A DNA stretch of 64,000 nt, taken from assembly GCA_014384285.1 (NCBI GenBank), contig JACNGE010000011.1, forward strand, positions 20,617 to 84,616, written 5' to 3'. Shown here in pieces: positions 46,121-56,159 of the stretch. Numbering within the stretch: position 1 is the stretch's first letter; the number at the start of each line of letters is the position of its first letter. This DNA is from Actinomycetota bacterium. Its GTDB lineage: Bacteria; Actinomycetota; Acidimicrobiia; Actinomarinales; Actinomarinaceae. The notes under the pieces are model-generated. The model saw only the letters and a list, made by a program, of their open reading frames with translations. It did no database searches and was not told where the DNA came from. Both the position numbers and the translations under genes were made by a program.

Positions 46121-47086
46121 GTGTTGAGTAAGGAAGCTGTAAAAGCAAAAAAGAAATATTCAAAGCTAGGAACGGTTATTAAGTTGCTAGTAGTTGATCC
46201 TAAAAAAATAAAAATGTGGAAAGTTAAATTACAGAGGTTGAATTTTAATCTCATAGGAAAAATCAATCCAAAGTCGGATGGCGCTCACAAGGAAGAACTC
46301 ACTCTTGGTGGTATTAGAACATGGAAAATAACTACTCCTAATTCAGATCCTGAAAAAATATTACTTTATTATCACGGAGGTGCCTATCAAGTAGGCAGTC
46401 CAGAGGGTTACTACCCTATGTTGACTCATTTAGCCAGAGAAACGGGTTTTACAATCTATATACCAGATTACAGACTCGCTCCAGAACATTACTATCCTGC
46501 TCAAGTTGAAGATGGGGTTAAAACATTTGAAGCATTAATCAATGACTTAGGATACTCTCCGGGGCAAATAGCTTTTGGAGGAGATTCTGCAGGTGGCAAC
46601 ATGTCCCTTGTTACACTTTTAAAGCTAAAAAGCGAAGGAAAGAGTCTGCCAAGTGCAGTCTTTTGCATATCGCCTTGGGCTGATCCAGCTGCTACTGGAG
46701 ATTCTTACAATGACGAGATGTGTTCCAAAGACTTATTGCTGGGTCCTATTTTTACAAAGATGTGGAGTGATTTTAACCTTGATGGCTTTGCGGGATATTT
46801 TGTTCGAGATGAAGACTTAGATTCTGAAAATCCTTATATATGTCCGATAAAGGGTGACTACACAAACTCTCCTCCCATTATGGTACAGGTTGGTGCTCAT
46901 GAATTACTGCTCTCAGATTCTCGAACCTTAAAAAATGTCTTTGAAAGAGATGGTGTAACTTACGAGTACAAAGAATGGGATGAATTGTGGCATGTATTTC
47001 AACTTGAAGCGGAAATGCCTGAAACTATAGAATCATTTAAAATGTTTGGAAGTTTTTTAAATAAATATATTGGGGTTCCTGTTTAA
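46121..47086 (+). CDS. alpha/beta-hydrolase fold-3 esterase/lipase (HSL family)
   Basis: 321 aa. ..LYYHGGAYQVGS.. (HGG oxyanion motif), ..FGGDSAGGNMSL.. (GDSAG nucleophile elbow), C-terminal His region. Confidence 0.75.
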   Translation: MLSKEAVKAKKKYSKLGTVIKLLVVDPKKIKMWKVKLQRLNFNLIGKINPKSDGAHKEELTLGGIRTWKITTPNSDPEKILLYYHGGAYQVGSPEGYYPMLTHLARETGFTIYIPDYRLAPEHYYPAQVEDGVKTFEALINDLGYSPGQIAFGGDSAGGNMSLVTLLKLKSEGKSLPSAVFCISPWADPAATGDSYNDEMCSKDLLLGPIFTKMWSDFNLDGFAGYFVRDEDLDSENPYICPIKGDYTNSPPIMVQVGAHELLLSDSRTLKNVFERDGVTYEYKEWDELWHVFQLEAEMPETIESFKMFGSFLNKYIGVPV

Positions 47087-47102
47087 GACTAGTTACAGCT
47101 AG

Positions 47103-47372
47103 TTAGTCAATCTCATTAACTGAGAGGAAAGAGTTTCCTATCATTATTGAGTCTTCTCCGAGTTGTTTAGCTTTTTGTGCAATAATTCTTACAATATCTT
47201 TAGATTTATCAACATCACAGATAATCGAGAGTTCGACTGATTCCTCGGCCTTGCCTTTCCACATTCCCTCAAGTTTTAGTATTGACCAACTGTCAACAAC
47301 TTTAAGGAGTTGTGGTTTAGACTGTTCAACAACTTCTGGGACTGTTCTTATCTTAAGCTCTACATCAAACAT
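47103..47372 (-). CDS. hypothetical small protein (89 aa) downstream of the CDF-like gene
   Basis: No recognisable motif. Same strand as the CDF TMD gene and 82 nt from it. Confidence 0.3.
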   Translation of the reverse strand: MFDVELKIRTVPEVVEQSKPQLLKVVDSWSILKLEGMWKGKAEESVELSIICDVDKSKDIVRIIAQKAKQLGEDSIMIGNSFLSVNEID

Positions 47373-47454
47373 TTTGTTAAGTATGACATTAATTTTGTAC
47401 TAACGAGTTTATTTTATTATTTTCTTCAAAAGAATTCGACTTCAAACAAAAAGA

Positions 47455-48021
47455 TTAACTTCTGTGCTCTCTAAATTCTTTAAATAACCATGGAATCATA
47501 AATAACGCAGCAACTGGATCAAAGTACCAGAGACCAAAGAAGTAATTAACGCCGACACCAACTAAGACCAATACTGAAAGATTTAAGCAAAATAATGTCT
47601 CCTTTGCCTCAGCAATAATGACTTTATTATTTAATTCTTTACCAAGTTTTAATTTTCGATAACCCAATGGTCCTTCAACAAGAATGGATACACAGGCGAT
47701 GATTATTCCATAAATAGAAACTTCAGGTTTATTTGTATTTAGAAAATCCAATGCTGACTTTGCAAGGATAAATACAATCAATACTAAAAAAGAATAGGCA
47801 ATTAACTTTTCTGCACGATCATGAACTTTTTTATTGGTTGAAGAAATTCCCCAGATAGCAATTATGGATGCAAAGATTTCAATAAAACTATCTAAACCAA
47901 AACTAAGTAGTGTCGTAGAGTTGCTCTCAACGCCAAAATATAATGCAAATACTCCTTCTAATAAGTTGTAACAAATAGTAAATACTATGAGTTTTTTAGA
48001 TAAAATTATTGATTCTGTCAC
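47455..48021 (-). CDS. cation diffusion facilitator (CDF)-like transmembrane domain protein lacking the cytoplasmic C-terminal domain
   Basis: 188 aa, 5-6 TM helices. ..SFGLDSFIEIFASIIA.. and ..WYFDPVAALFMIPW.. resemble CDF TM2 and TM5 metal-site helices (..DP.A..). Confidence 0.45.
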   Translation of the reverse strand: MTESIILSKKLIVFTICYNLLEGVFALYFGVESNSTTLLSFGLDSFIEIFASIIAIWGISSTNKKVHDRAEKLIAYSFLVLIVFILAKSALDFLNTNKPEVSIYGIIIACVSILVEGPLGYRKLKLGKELNNKVIIAEAKETLFCLNLSVLVLVGVGVNYFFGLWYFDPVAALFMIPWLFKEFREHRS

Positions 48022-48076
48022 AAGAATTAGTATAAATGCAGTAGTTAACTAAGAATATTTCAATTAGTAAGGTTAA

Positions 48077-48334
48077 TTATCGACGTTCAAGGTAAACAAT
48101 GATTGCAGATGCAGAACTAATCTGAATTAATGTGGAAAACAGGTTTTCCACTCCAAGAATACTAGCAATTATTCCTCCCAAAAAAGAACCTGTAATACCT
48201 ATTACTGCAGTCCTTCCCCACGTCATCGGATTTGGACCAGGAATAAGGATTCTTGCCAATGCACCAATAATAAGTCCTACTACTGCGAACTGAAATATAA
48301 CTATAAATGTAAGTCCAAGAAAAAATGTTCCCAT
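48077..48334 (-). CDS. GlsB/YeaQ/YmgE family small membrane protein
   Basis: 85 aa. ..VVGLIIGALARILIPGPNPMTWGRTAVIGITGSFLGGIIASILG.. closely parallels the family consensus (..GLIAGILAKWIMPG....ILLGIVGAVVGGWI..). Confidence 0.6.
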   Translation of the reverse strand: MGTFFLGLTFIVIFQFAVVGLIIGALARILIPGPNPMTWGRTAVIGITGSFLGGIIASILGVENLFSTLIQISSASAIIVYLERR

Positions 48335-48367
48335 ATTTTAAATTGTAAATTACTCAGGTTTATATTT

Positions 48368-49021
48368 TTATTTTGGGTTTTTTGAAAATTTGATTGTAAA
48401 TAGTTTTGATGAAATTAAGCTTCCTATAACTGGTGCCAAGACATAAAAGTAAATCTCCCTTGTATTGCCACTTACTAAAGCAGGTCCAATACTTCTCGCA
48501 GGATTTAGTGAACCTCCAGTGTATTCTCCAATTAATAGTGCGGAGATACATACTGTTCCTCCAATAGCAATTCCATAAATATTATTTTCTTTTCGTGTTA
48601 CTTGTAAGATTACAAACATCAAAAGACCGGTACAAAAAGCCTCCAGAAAAAAGCCTTGGCTGGCATCAACCGAAAGAGTCGTTACGCCAAAGCTATGCAT
48701 TCTTCCAAATAGTGCTACATGCGTCTGGGATGCAAGCATTCCACCTAAGATTTGTATTCCAATATAAAAAACTGAATCTTTAATTGATATTTCTTTATTC
48801 AATAAAAATCCAATTGTTACAGCGGGATTAAAGTGTGCACCAGAGAATCTACCCAACAAGTAAACAAAAATTGTTATGGTTAGTCCAAAAATTATAGGTA
48901 TCACAGCTGAAGATAGGTTTTCTAAATCTGAAAGTATAATGGCGCCACATCCAAAAAAAACTAAGGCATAAGTTCCTGTGAATTCAGCTAGGAGTGCAGG
49001 AACAGTTGTTTTAAATCTCAT
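48368..49021 (-). CDS. aquaporin / MIP-family channel
   Basis: 217 aa. Two NPA boxes (..GAHFNPAVT.. and ..GGSLNPARS..) and six TM helices. Confidence 0.85.
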   Translation of the reverse strand: MRFKTTVPALLAEFTGTYALVFFGCGAIILSDLENLSSAVIPIIFGLTITIFVYLLGRFSGAHFNPAVTIGFLLNKEISIKDSVFYIGIQILGGMLASQTHVALFGRMHSFGVTTLSVDASQGFFLEAFCTGLLMFVILQVTRKENNIYGIAIGGTVCISALLIGEYTGGSLNPARSIGPALVSGNTREIYFYVLAPVIGSLISSKLFTIKFSKNPK

Positions 49022-49169
49022 AAGAACACAATAATTGAGTTATGATTTTGGTATGTTAAACGGAAAGCCTTTCAAAGAAACAGTGATTGACTTAGCAAGA
49101 GTCATAGTATTTATTGTTCTTGTATATTATTTAGTAGATATTGTCAGTAGGGTGTAAAGCTTGATTCTT

Positions 49170-49841
49170 CTATTTTAAAGAATCTTTTTTTGTACGTTCA
49201 TCTAATCTTTTTTTAACTTCTCGTTCAATTGTTAACTCAGTATCGCTGTATTGGATATTTACTTCTGTTGGCCCTTGTTGAGCTTCTCTTAATTCCTGTA
49301 AAGTTTTTTTTGCTTCATCAATATGTATATTTTGAAATGCCTGCTTTACATGATTTAAGTAATAAATCACTTGCTGAATGGGCATAGTCTCTATTTCTCT
49401 ATCAATTCTGTCGAGACCTTTTTCGTATGTACTTAGATTTTTTTGAACAAGACTAGAAAGTATGCCTTGTGTTGCTTGGTTCAAAATAGCTACAACAGGT
49501 TCTCTCCTAAGAGCTCTGTAGATTGTACTCGGTGAAATATTATTTTTTGCAAAATCTAAACGCCATCTTGAGGAATTCGATTTGTCATATGGTTCCTCTT
49601 TAAAAATTCCAGATTCTGAATTCCAGCCGAGTTTTACTAATCTATCTTTTATCGTAAAGTTAATAGGTTCAGATAAGCTTTTAATAGAAGCTCTCTCTTT
49701 TTTTCTTGCCAGAAATCCCTCTACTAAGTCCATATCGGAAATAGATTCAAGACTATTTATTAATTCTTGATAATCTTCACTAAACCCCTCTTCAGAGGAG
49801 ACTAGGTTTGAATACCTGTGGTAGTGATAAGTAAGTTTCAT
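49170..49841 (-). CDS. hypothetical protein with C-terminal charged/coiled-coil region
   Basis: The ORF as listed extends to 49946 and overlaps the lysA-like gene. The Met at 49841 (MKLTYHYHRY..) is the more likely start. No known domain. Confidence 0.3.
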   Translation of the reverse strand: MKLTYHYHRYSNLVSSEEGFSEDYQELINSLESISDMDLVEGFLARKKERASIKSLSEPINFTIKDRLVKLGWNSESGIFKEEPYDKSNSSRWRLDFAKNNISPSTIYRALRREPVVAILNQATQGILSSLVQKNLSTYEKGLDRIDREIETMPIQQVIYYLNHVKQAFQNIHIDEAKKTLQELREAQQGPTEVNIQYSDTELTIEREVKKRLDERTKKDSLK

Positions 49842-49893
49842 ATTGCAATTATTGCTTAGGTTTAACTGATTGTAAAAAATTAATTTAAAAAGT

Positions 49894-51162
49894 TTAGATA
49901 TCGTTAATGAATGTATCTTGAAAACTCTGTCTATTAACCAACTCAACTACACTAGATTCAGTTACTGCAACCACACCTGACTTTGGTACTCTATTGTAAT
50001 TACTAGCCATAGCAAAAGTATACGCACCAGTTGATGTTGACATTAATATATCACCGGACTCCGTATCACTTGGCAACATTGCCTCTTTTACCAATAAGTC
50101 GCCACTTTCACAGTGTCTTCCAGAAACAGCATACACCGTATCTTCTCCATTTTTTCCACTAGAGATATTAAAGAGTTTGTGTTCGCTGCCATACAATGCT
50201 GGCCTTGGATTATCAGACATCCCACCATCAACAAGAATGTAGGGTTTCTCTCCACGATCATCTTTAAGCGCACCAGCAGTGTACAGTATCACGCCAGGAT
50301 TATTGACTAATGCTCTTCCAGGTTCAATCATGACCCTGTAGTCATCCTGCCAATGTTCTTGAATTCCAGCATGAATAGCATCAGCATAGACTTTTAATTC
50401 ATGGTCTACTTCATCACCTGCATAGGGTGAAAAGAACCCACCTCCAGCATCAAAGACGACTTCGGCTTGAATGGCTGCACGATGCTTATAGAGAAACTCT
50501 GCACACTCACTCATTGCTTTTTGATAACGTTCAGGATCTTTTATCTGACTACCAATATGGACATGAATGCCTGAAAACAACAAGGACGGTGCATCATAAA
50601 TCTGTTTCAAAGCCTCTTCTGCAAAACCTATTGAGATACCAAATTGCTGGTCATATCCTGTAGTCAGCACCATTGGATGTGTCTCTGCTCCCACATCTAA
50701 ATTGATACGCATAATAACTGGTTGTTGTCTGCCTAATTTAGAGGCGGCAGCTTCCAACATAGGAATCTCATAGCGATTATCAATAGAGATATGTCCACCC
50801 TCGTTTTTCATGAAAAACTCAATTTCTTCAATACTTTTATAAGTACCGTTAAATAATGTATTTTCTAAGCTTCCCGTGACTGCTTGTACAGTTGCCATCT
50901 CTCCACCTGAGACAACATCTACTCCCCAACCTTTTTCATGTAATTCTTTTACCAGAGCCTTACAGATAAATGCTTTTGCAGCGTATCGAAAAAGAGTCTC
51001 TGAACCAAAAGCATTTGAGAAGTGATCAATATTATCTTTGAGGTGCTCCCAGTCGTACACATACAATGGTGTTCCGTATTCTTTACCAACATCAAGCAAT
51101 GAAGTATCTCCTATGTGAGCGACTCCATCTTTAAATGAAAGATTAGAGGGTAAGTAATTCAT
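49894..51162 (-). CDS. PLP-dependent decarboxylase, fold-type III (diaminopimelate decarboxylase-like)
   Basis: 422 aa. ..YGTPLYVYD.., ..VFDAGGGFF.. and ..GRHCESGDLL.. are hallmark motifs of the LysA/Orn-decarboxylase TIM-barrel family. Confidence 0.75.
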   Translation of the reverse strand: MNYLPSNLSFKDGVAHIGDTSLLDVGKEYGTPLYVYDWEHLKDNIDHFSNAFGSETLFRYAAKAFICKALVKELHEKGWGVDVVSGGEMATVQAVTGSLENTLFNGTYKSIEEIEFFMKNEGGHISIDNRYEIPMLEAAASKLGRQQPVIMRINLDVGAETHPMVLTTGYDQQFGISIGFAEEALKQIYDAPSLLFSGIHVHIGSQIKDPERYQKAMSECAEFLYKHRAAIQAEVVFDAGGGFFSPYAGDEVDHELKVYADAIHAGIQEHWQDDYRVMIEPGRALVNNPGVILYTAGALKDDRGEKPYILVDGGMSDNPRPALYGSEHKLFNISSGKNGEDTVYAVSGRHCESGDLLVKEAMLPSDTESGDILMSTSTGAYTFAMASNYNRVPKSGVVAVTESSVVELVNRQSFQDTFINDI

Positions 51163-51944
51163 TTTTTAAGACGACGCTTTATCCATGCAATATCTTTTTT
51201 CTGTGCCTCAACGCCACCTGGAGTTTCAACAATAATGTCTGATTTACAGTTCTTAATAACGTACTCAAGCTCTGCTTTTGGAATATTACCTTTACCTAAA
51301 TTCTCATGTCGATCTCTGCTGCTTTCAAATCCATCTTTAGAGTCATTGAAGTGAACCAGGTCTATCTGTTTAGTGAGTTTTTTAAATCCTTTTACTGCTT
51401 TCTCTGTGGGGATACCTCCAGCCCATGTGTGGCAAGTATCTAAACAAAGTCCAACATTCAAGTCACCAATCACTTCCCAGAGTCGTTCAATAGAGTCCAT
51501 ATAACGAGCAACAGAGTTTTTTCCTCCAGCAGTATTTTCTACCAATACTCGCATACCTGTGTCTTCCACAAATTCAATGGCTTTTCTCCAGTTATCGTAT
51601 CCCTCTGCAATGTCTCCACCTTCACCAACAGAACCTCCGTGAACGATAACCGCTTTAGCTCCAAATGAAGCTGCTACTTTACATGTGTCTTTAAGTAATT
51701 TTCTACTGGGATGTCTTACTTTATTGTTAGGTGTTGCCACGTTAATTAAGTAGGGTGCATGTACATATATAGGGCCTTTGTAGCCTTGCAATGCATCAAT
51801 ATCTTCACGGGGTTTAGGGCTCTTCCACATTTGAGGGCTAGAAACAAATATTTGGAATGTATCACCTTTGCGGAGTTTAATCTCCTCAATTGCATTTTTT
51901 GAAGGTATATGTGAACCAATATTCATGGGTATATTATAAAGCAA
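51159..51944 (-). CDS. nfo: endonuclease IV (AP endonuclease family 2)
   Basis: 261 aa. ..IYVHAPYLINVA.., ..VIVHGGS.. and ..LCLDTCHTWAGG.. correspond to the three Zn-site signature blocks of Nfo. Confidence 0.75.
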   Translation of the reverse strand: MLYNIPMNIGSHIPSKNAIEEIKLRKGDTFQIFVSSPQMWKSPKPREDIDALQGYKGPIYVHAPYLINVATPNNKVRHPSRKLLKDTCKVAASFGAKAVIVHGGSVGEGGDIAEGYDNWRKAIEFVEDTGMRVLVENTAGGKNSVARYMDSIERLWEVIGDLNVGLCLDTCHTWAGGIPTEKAVKGFKKLTKQIDLVHFNDSKDGFESSRDRHENLGKGNIPKAELEYVIKNCKSDIIVETPGGVEAQKKDIAWIKRRLKK

Positions 51945-51966
51945 TTATAAGTTGTAAAGAAAGAAA

Positions 51967-53556
51967 TTATCCCATTACCTGTTCTGAACCAACCAGGATA
52001 TACACACACTGTGGATTGGCAAACTGTTCATTATTATCTACAACAGTAATTTCCAGTGCATTATTTACATTTTTAATTTCTACACTTGCACCCTGAGCTG
52101 TGCTTAAATCAAGATCAAGGCAGATATTCACTACTTTAATATCTGCAGCGGTAGCACCTTCAACTAACCATTTCTTTGTTGGAGCTTGTGTTGGTCCAGT
52201 ATTTAGTGAGGTTATTGTGTAATTCGTCGTTACACGTTCTGTGAAAATAAGGACTCCACCTTTTCGACTACTAAAATTACCAAATGCCAACAATTGTCGA
52301 CCATTAGATAAATCAAGAAAATCAGGGTCACCTCCTGGTGGAAGGTACTCTACTTGAGACCAAGTAACTCCATCAGGTCCTTTTCTATACTCCATGTAAT
52401 CATATGTAGGCCAGATCCACTCTACAACTCCTGTTGCATTGAGCTTAATTGCTGGGTTTGTAGTAACGTCTGTATCTCCACCATAAGAACGATCTACCTG
52501 GACACCCCAAGTAAGACCATCACTTGAAGTTGCTACACATGCTCTTCTGTTGAAGGAACCTGAAGGACTCACTAACTCTTGAACATGAAAAATCCAAGAA
52601 CCATCATTGAGTTGCGTAATTGTAGGATCTCCTAACGGTCCAAAAGAGTTTCCATCACTATCCTTACAGTCTGCTTGTAAAAACCTTGGAATATCCACTT
52701 TTTGAAAATTTACTCCATCTGAGGATTCATACTTAACTAAAGAGTCTCCTGTTGATGAAAGCTCCCAACCCCATGCAGATACTTTTCCATCAAATACTAA
52801 GGCTTCAATAGGAGACCGAACTGGAACTCGAACACCAGACTCTACAACCCATGTTCTCCCACCGTCACTAGACACCGCAGAGTGAATTAGGTTATCGTAC
52901 CCACTTATACCTGCTTGCGGTTCATTACCATTCTTAAAATATACCCTGAGTATCCCTTCACTAGTTTCTACTATTGATGGATCGGCAATGTTTCCTAGAC
53001 TATTTTCTAAACTTCTTATCGAACCTAGGTAAGAAAGGTGCATTGAGCTTAAGGTAGTTTCTTGAATTATTGGACTTCCTTGACCGGGTTGGTTGCTTTC
53101 TCCTAAAGGAGGTTTACTGCCTGCACTTCCCGGCTGACCTCCTGGCATACCAGGGTCTGGCGGAGGCGGTATATTGCATCCTTTAAAGGATTCTTTGTAT
53201 TGCTCCTGAATTGACCCTCCTGAAAGAAAATCTTTCTCCATCTGTCTAATAACATCAGCTCCTGCTTTATCTACTAAACAAATTTGTTCTCTTGCAAGTA
53301 AATTAAAAAAGATGCCTTGGGGGAACTCATTTAATAATTCTTTAACGATGTCTTCAATTGACACTGTATCTGAGGAAGTTTTTTTAATGTCTGTGTTTTC
53401 AGACTCCACACTACCTTGTGTTTCTTTTTGGGTGGTTGCTTTATCATTTTCAGTACTTTGATCTGACACAGGTTGTGAACTGTCACCTCCACCAGCACAG
53501 GCAACAACTATAAGAAAACTTACTACTGCGGTTACTGATCTGGTATTTTTTTTCAC
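51967..53556 (-). CDS. large lipoprotein with Pro/Gly-rich linker and BNR/Asp-box repeats (sialidase-like beta-propeller)
   Basis: 529 aa. Lipobox ..LIVVACAGG... Low-complexity PPPDPGMPGGQPGSAGSKPP. Asp-boxes SSDGGRTW and SSDGLTW. Confidence 0.5.
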   Translation of the reverse strand: MKKNTRSVTAVVSFLIVVACAGGGDSSQPVSDQSTENDKATTQKETQGSVESENTDIKKTSSDTVSIEDIVKELLNEFPQGIFFNLLAREQICLVDKAGADVIRQMEKDFLSGGSIQEQYKESFKGCNIPPPPDPGMPGGQPGSAGSKPPLGESNQPGQGSPIIQETTLSSMHLSYLGSIRSLENSLGNIADPSIVETSEGILRVYFKNGNEPQAGISGYDNLIHSAVSSDGGRTWVVESGVRVPVRSPIEALVFDGKVSAWGWELSSTGDSLVKYESSDGVNFQKVDIPRFLQADCKDSDGNSFGPLGDPTITQLNDGSWIFHVQELVSPSGSFNRRACVATSSDGLTWGVQVDRSYGGDTDVTTNPAIKLNATGVVEWIWPTYDYMEYRKGPDGVTWSQVEYLPPGGDPDFLDLSNGRQLLAFGNFSSRKGGVLIFTERVTTNYTITSLNTGPTQAPTKKWLVEGATAADIKVVNICLDLDLSTAQGASVEIKNVNNALEITVVDNNEQFANPQCVYILVGSEQVMG

Positions 53557-53613
53557 CTAGTTTGATTATATACAATTCTTTTTTCAGAAAAAATTACGAT
53601 TTCAGTAATTTGA

Positions 53614-55998
53614 TTATTTTGAAGGGAGAAAGCCTAGAAGCCTATTAGAAAACTTATACTCGCCAACCCAGAAATGATATCCGTCCCAACTAATTCCTGA
53701 TGCCATCTTTGTACCCATATTTGTTTTATCAGTTCTTCCTCCAAAGCTCATCGTTGGGGAGCTACCAGCTAAAGCATCTGAAATTGAGTTCCAACCAATA
53801 ATCTTGTCATCGCTTGGAATAAATAATCCTTTTTCATTAAAGCTCACTTCTGATGGGCAGTCCTGACCTGGTACAGTTTGATATGAAGGTGCACTTAGAG
53901 AAGAAAGTTCTAACACTTTGAAACTTGATCCACCTGGATAACAACCAATTGCTAAATGTGTATCATTCATGTCTATTCTTCCTAAGTTTGAAAGATTTGG
54001 AAGTGAATATGTAGGGTTGTCAGATTTTCCAGGAACACCCTCCCAAATATAAATTGTATCCGAGCCTGAATCTGCAACTGCAAAATAACTGCCGTTATAA
54101 GCTATTCCTCTAACACCTTGAAATGTGATATTACCAATAGACTTTTCATTTAAATCAAAACTGTAGTTACCTGTATTTATTGTATTTTCAATATCGCTCC
54201 ATCCAAATACACTGTTACCGCCTGCTAAATAAATCTCTTTACCGTGAACAACTAAGTCCCAAGGTGGTTGATCGAACCTTCTCATGACTATATCTGGTGT
54301 AGCACCAGAACTTCCAGGAAGCTGTTTCCAAATTGAAAGCGATCTATCGAAATCAGATGAGACAAAAAGCATTGAACCATTAGAGTCAATTATTGGATTT
54401 TGAATAATAAATTCGTCTATCAAAGGGTAGTCTGTCGGTTCGTTAGCAAGTAGTGCCCAGTCTGGTTTCTCTGTTGGAGAAGTAGGAATTGTATCAAAAA
54501 CAGATATTCGGTTTCCATTATATTCAGCAACAAATAATTTACCATCTACAACTGTTGCTCCTCCATCATCTCCGCCAGCCCATCTATGGCCTTCTCCTGG
54601 ATTAGCTATTTTTACATTTATCTGTAATTCTTGCGTACTGGTATAAAGTTCATCATAAAAATACATGGTCTCTCCACCTGCAGCAATACCATAAATTTTT
54701 GAATCATGAATAGTACCTGCGAGCCAGTTGTCTATACAGGCGTCTGGATCTCTTGAAGATGTTGGCCATGAAGTCCATACATGGGTTGAGCGAGTCCCGT
54801 TTAACCCTATACATGGACCATTTGCATTTTCATCACCAAGCATTACATAGTTACCATCTGAAAGAATAGACCTAGGAGTACCAACTTGACTCGATGTTAA
54901 AACAACATCTGGCGATATGGATGGACCTGGAAAAGAGTTCCAAAATAAAACTGCTTTTGCGACAGTTGCTGTAACAACAACTTTCGTGCCATCTGACCAA
55001 ACACCCCAAGGCCACGAGTCACCAAAATTTACATAGTTAGTAATTGGGAGTGCATAATCAGCAGTCTGGCCAGAAGATGATGGAAAGGATGTCCAAACAA
55101 GGACTCTATTATTATCTGAATCCGCTACTAGTACTTTTCCATCGGGAGTAATAATTACTTGACCTGGAAAATCCATATTGTTTAAACCAGTTCCAGAATT
55201 ATGTGTTGTAAAATTTGCTTGTCCTAAAACTAAATCTGGTGGTGTGTTTGATGAGGGAATAGTGTTCCAGATTAATACTCTATTGTTGAATCTGTCAGTA
55301 ACGGCTAGCTTTCCATAATTTGCTGAAATTGAGACAGGGTGATTTAACTTGTTAGCACCTCCTGTATTATTGAACCCATAGCCGGAAAGTAGAATGTCTC
55401 CTGTTTCATTTAACCCATACCCAGTTTTTCCATTTGAGGTCGCAACAGAGTAATTTGGGGAGTATTCATAAACACTCAAGTCATACCATGAACCCATGTT
55501 TTTTTCATCATCACGATCTGGATTAGAGTTCCCTGAGGGAGGTGTTGCGCTATCACCATTATTATCGCTTCCTCCTGCGGGTGGTTGAGCTACATTGTTT
55601 GAACTACTTGGATCTTCGAAGCATGCAATCACAATTCCTGACTCAAAGCTATCTGGGTTTAAATCAGTGACTATATTTTGATAAATCTCAGTTGGCAATG
55701 ACTTAGAGATGCACTCTAAAACCTCGTCTTCTGCTTCTTTTAAGATTTCTACAGCTTTTTCTATATCACCACCACTATTTTGAGGTGGTGGCGGATTGTC
55801 TCCTCCTTGAGGTGGTGGCGGATTTTCTTGTTTTTTATCATTCTCTGGCAAATTTTCCTCTCCAGGAGGAGGCATATTTTCCAAACCTGGAGGGTCTGTG
55901 GGAGGCGGATTTTCTTTAATTTCTGAAGTATTTTCTGGACTAGAACAGGCTTGAAAGAGTAGAAAGAGTATTAACCCTATATTTATTGACTTTTTCAT
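53614..55998 (-). CDS. large lipoprotein with Pro-rich linker and NHL/beta-propeller-like repeats
   Basis: 794 aa. Lipobox ..LLFQACSS... PPP-rich segment. Recurring ..NNRVLIW.., ..NNRVLVW.., ..GNRISVF.. repeat cores. Confidence 0.5.
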   Translation of the reverse strand: MKKSINIGLILFLLFQACSSPENTSEIKENPPPTDPPGLENMPPPGEENLPENDKKQENPPPPQGGDNPPPPQNSGGDIEKAVEILKEAEDEVLECISKSLPTEIYQNIVTDLNPDSFESGIVIACFEDPSSSNNVAQPPAGGSDNNGDSATPPSGNSNPDRDDEKNMGSWYDLSVYEYSPNYSVATSNGKTGYGLNETGDILLSGYGFNNTGGANKLNHPVSISANYGKLAVTDRFNNRVLIWNTIPSSNTPPDLVLGQANFTTHNSGTGLNNMDFPGQVIITPDGKVLVADSDNNRVLVWTSFPSSSGQTADYALPITNYVNFGDSWPWGVWSDGTKVVVTATVAKAVLFWNSFPGPSISPDVVLTSSQVGTPRSILSDGNYVMLGDENANGPCIGLNGTRSTHVWTSWPTSSRDPDACIDNWLAGTIHDSKIYGIAAGGETMYFYDELYTSTQELQINVKIANPGEGHRWAGGDDGGATVVDGKLFVAEYNGNRISVFDTIPTSPTEKPDWALLANEPTDYPLIDEFIIQNPIIDSNGSMLFVSSDFDRSLSIWKQLPGSSGATPDIVMRRFDQPPWDLVVHGKEIYLAGGNSVFGWSDIENTINTGNYSFDLNEKSIGNITFQGVRGIAYNGSYFAVADSGSDTIYIWEGVPGKSDNPTYSLPNLSNLGRIDMNDTHLAIGCYPGGSSFKVLELSSLSAPSYQTVPGQDCPSEVSFNEKGLFIPSDDKIIGWNSISDALAGSSPTMSFGGRTDKTNMGTKMASGISWDGYHFWVGEYKFSNRLLGFLPSK

Positions 55999-56159
55999 AT
56001 ATATTCTATTATACGAAAATTTAATGAAATATAAATATTTAATAAATAATCAGTAGACTTATTACTAAGACTTCCTTTTGTGCCTTGAACCACTTTAACA
56101 GGGCATGATAAAGCAAAAATTACAGCCACGAGGGAGTCTTTTGCATTTTTTCTTGGAAT

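Noticed and set aside
49170-49841. Possible orphan restriction endonuclease (PD-(D/E)xK) in the 258-aa hypothetical protein
   Set aside because: Only a loose D...DxxK-like pattern (EPYDK...RLDFAK). No adjacent methyltransferase. The motif spacing does not fit (D/E)xK. Left as hypothetical.
56105-56150. Hairpin AAAGCAAAA...TTTTGC downstream of P450-2 as an independent element
   Set aside because: Only the first 11 nt resemble the GNAT-flanking repeat. It is otherwise a plain weak terminator-like hairpin, so it is mentioned under the repeat finding rather than called separately.
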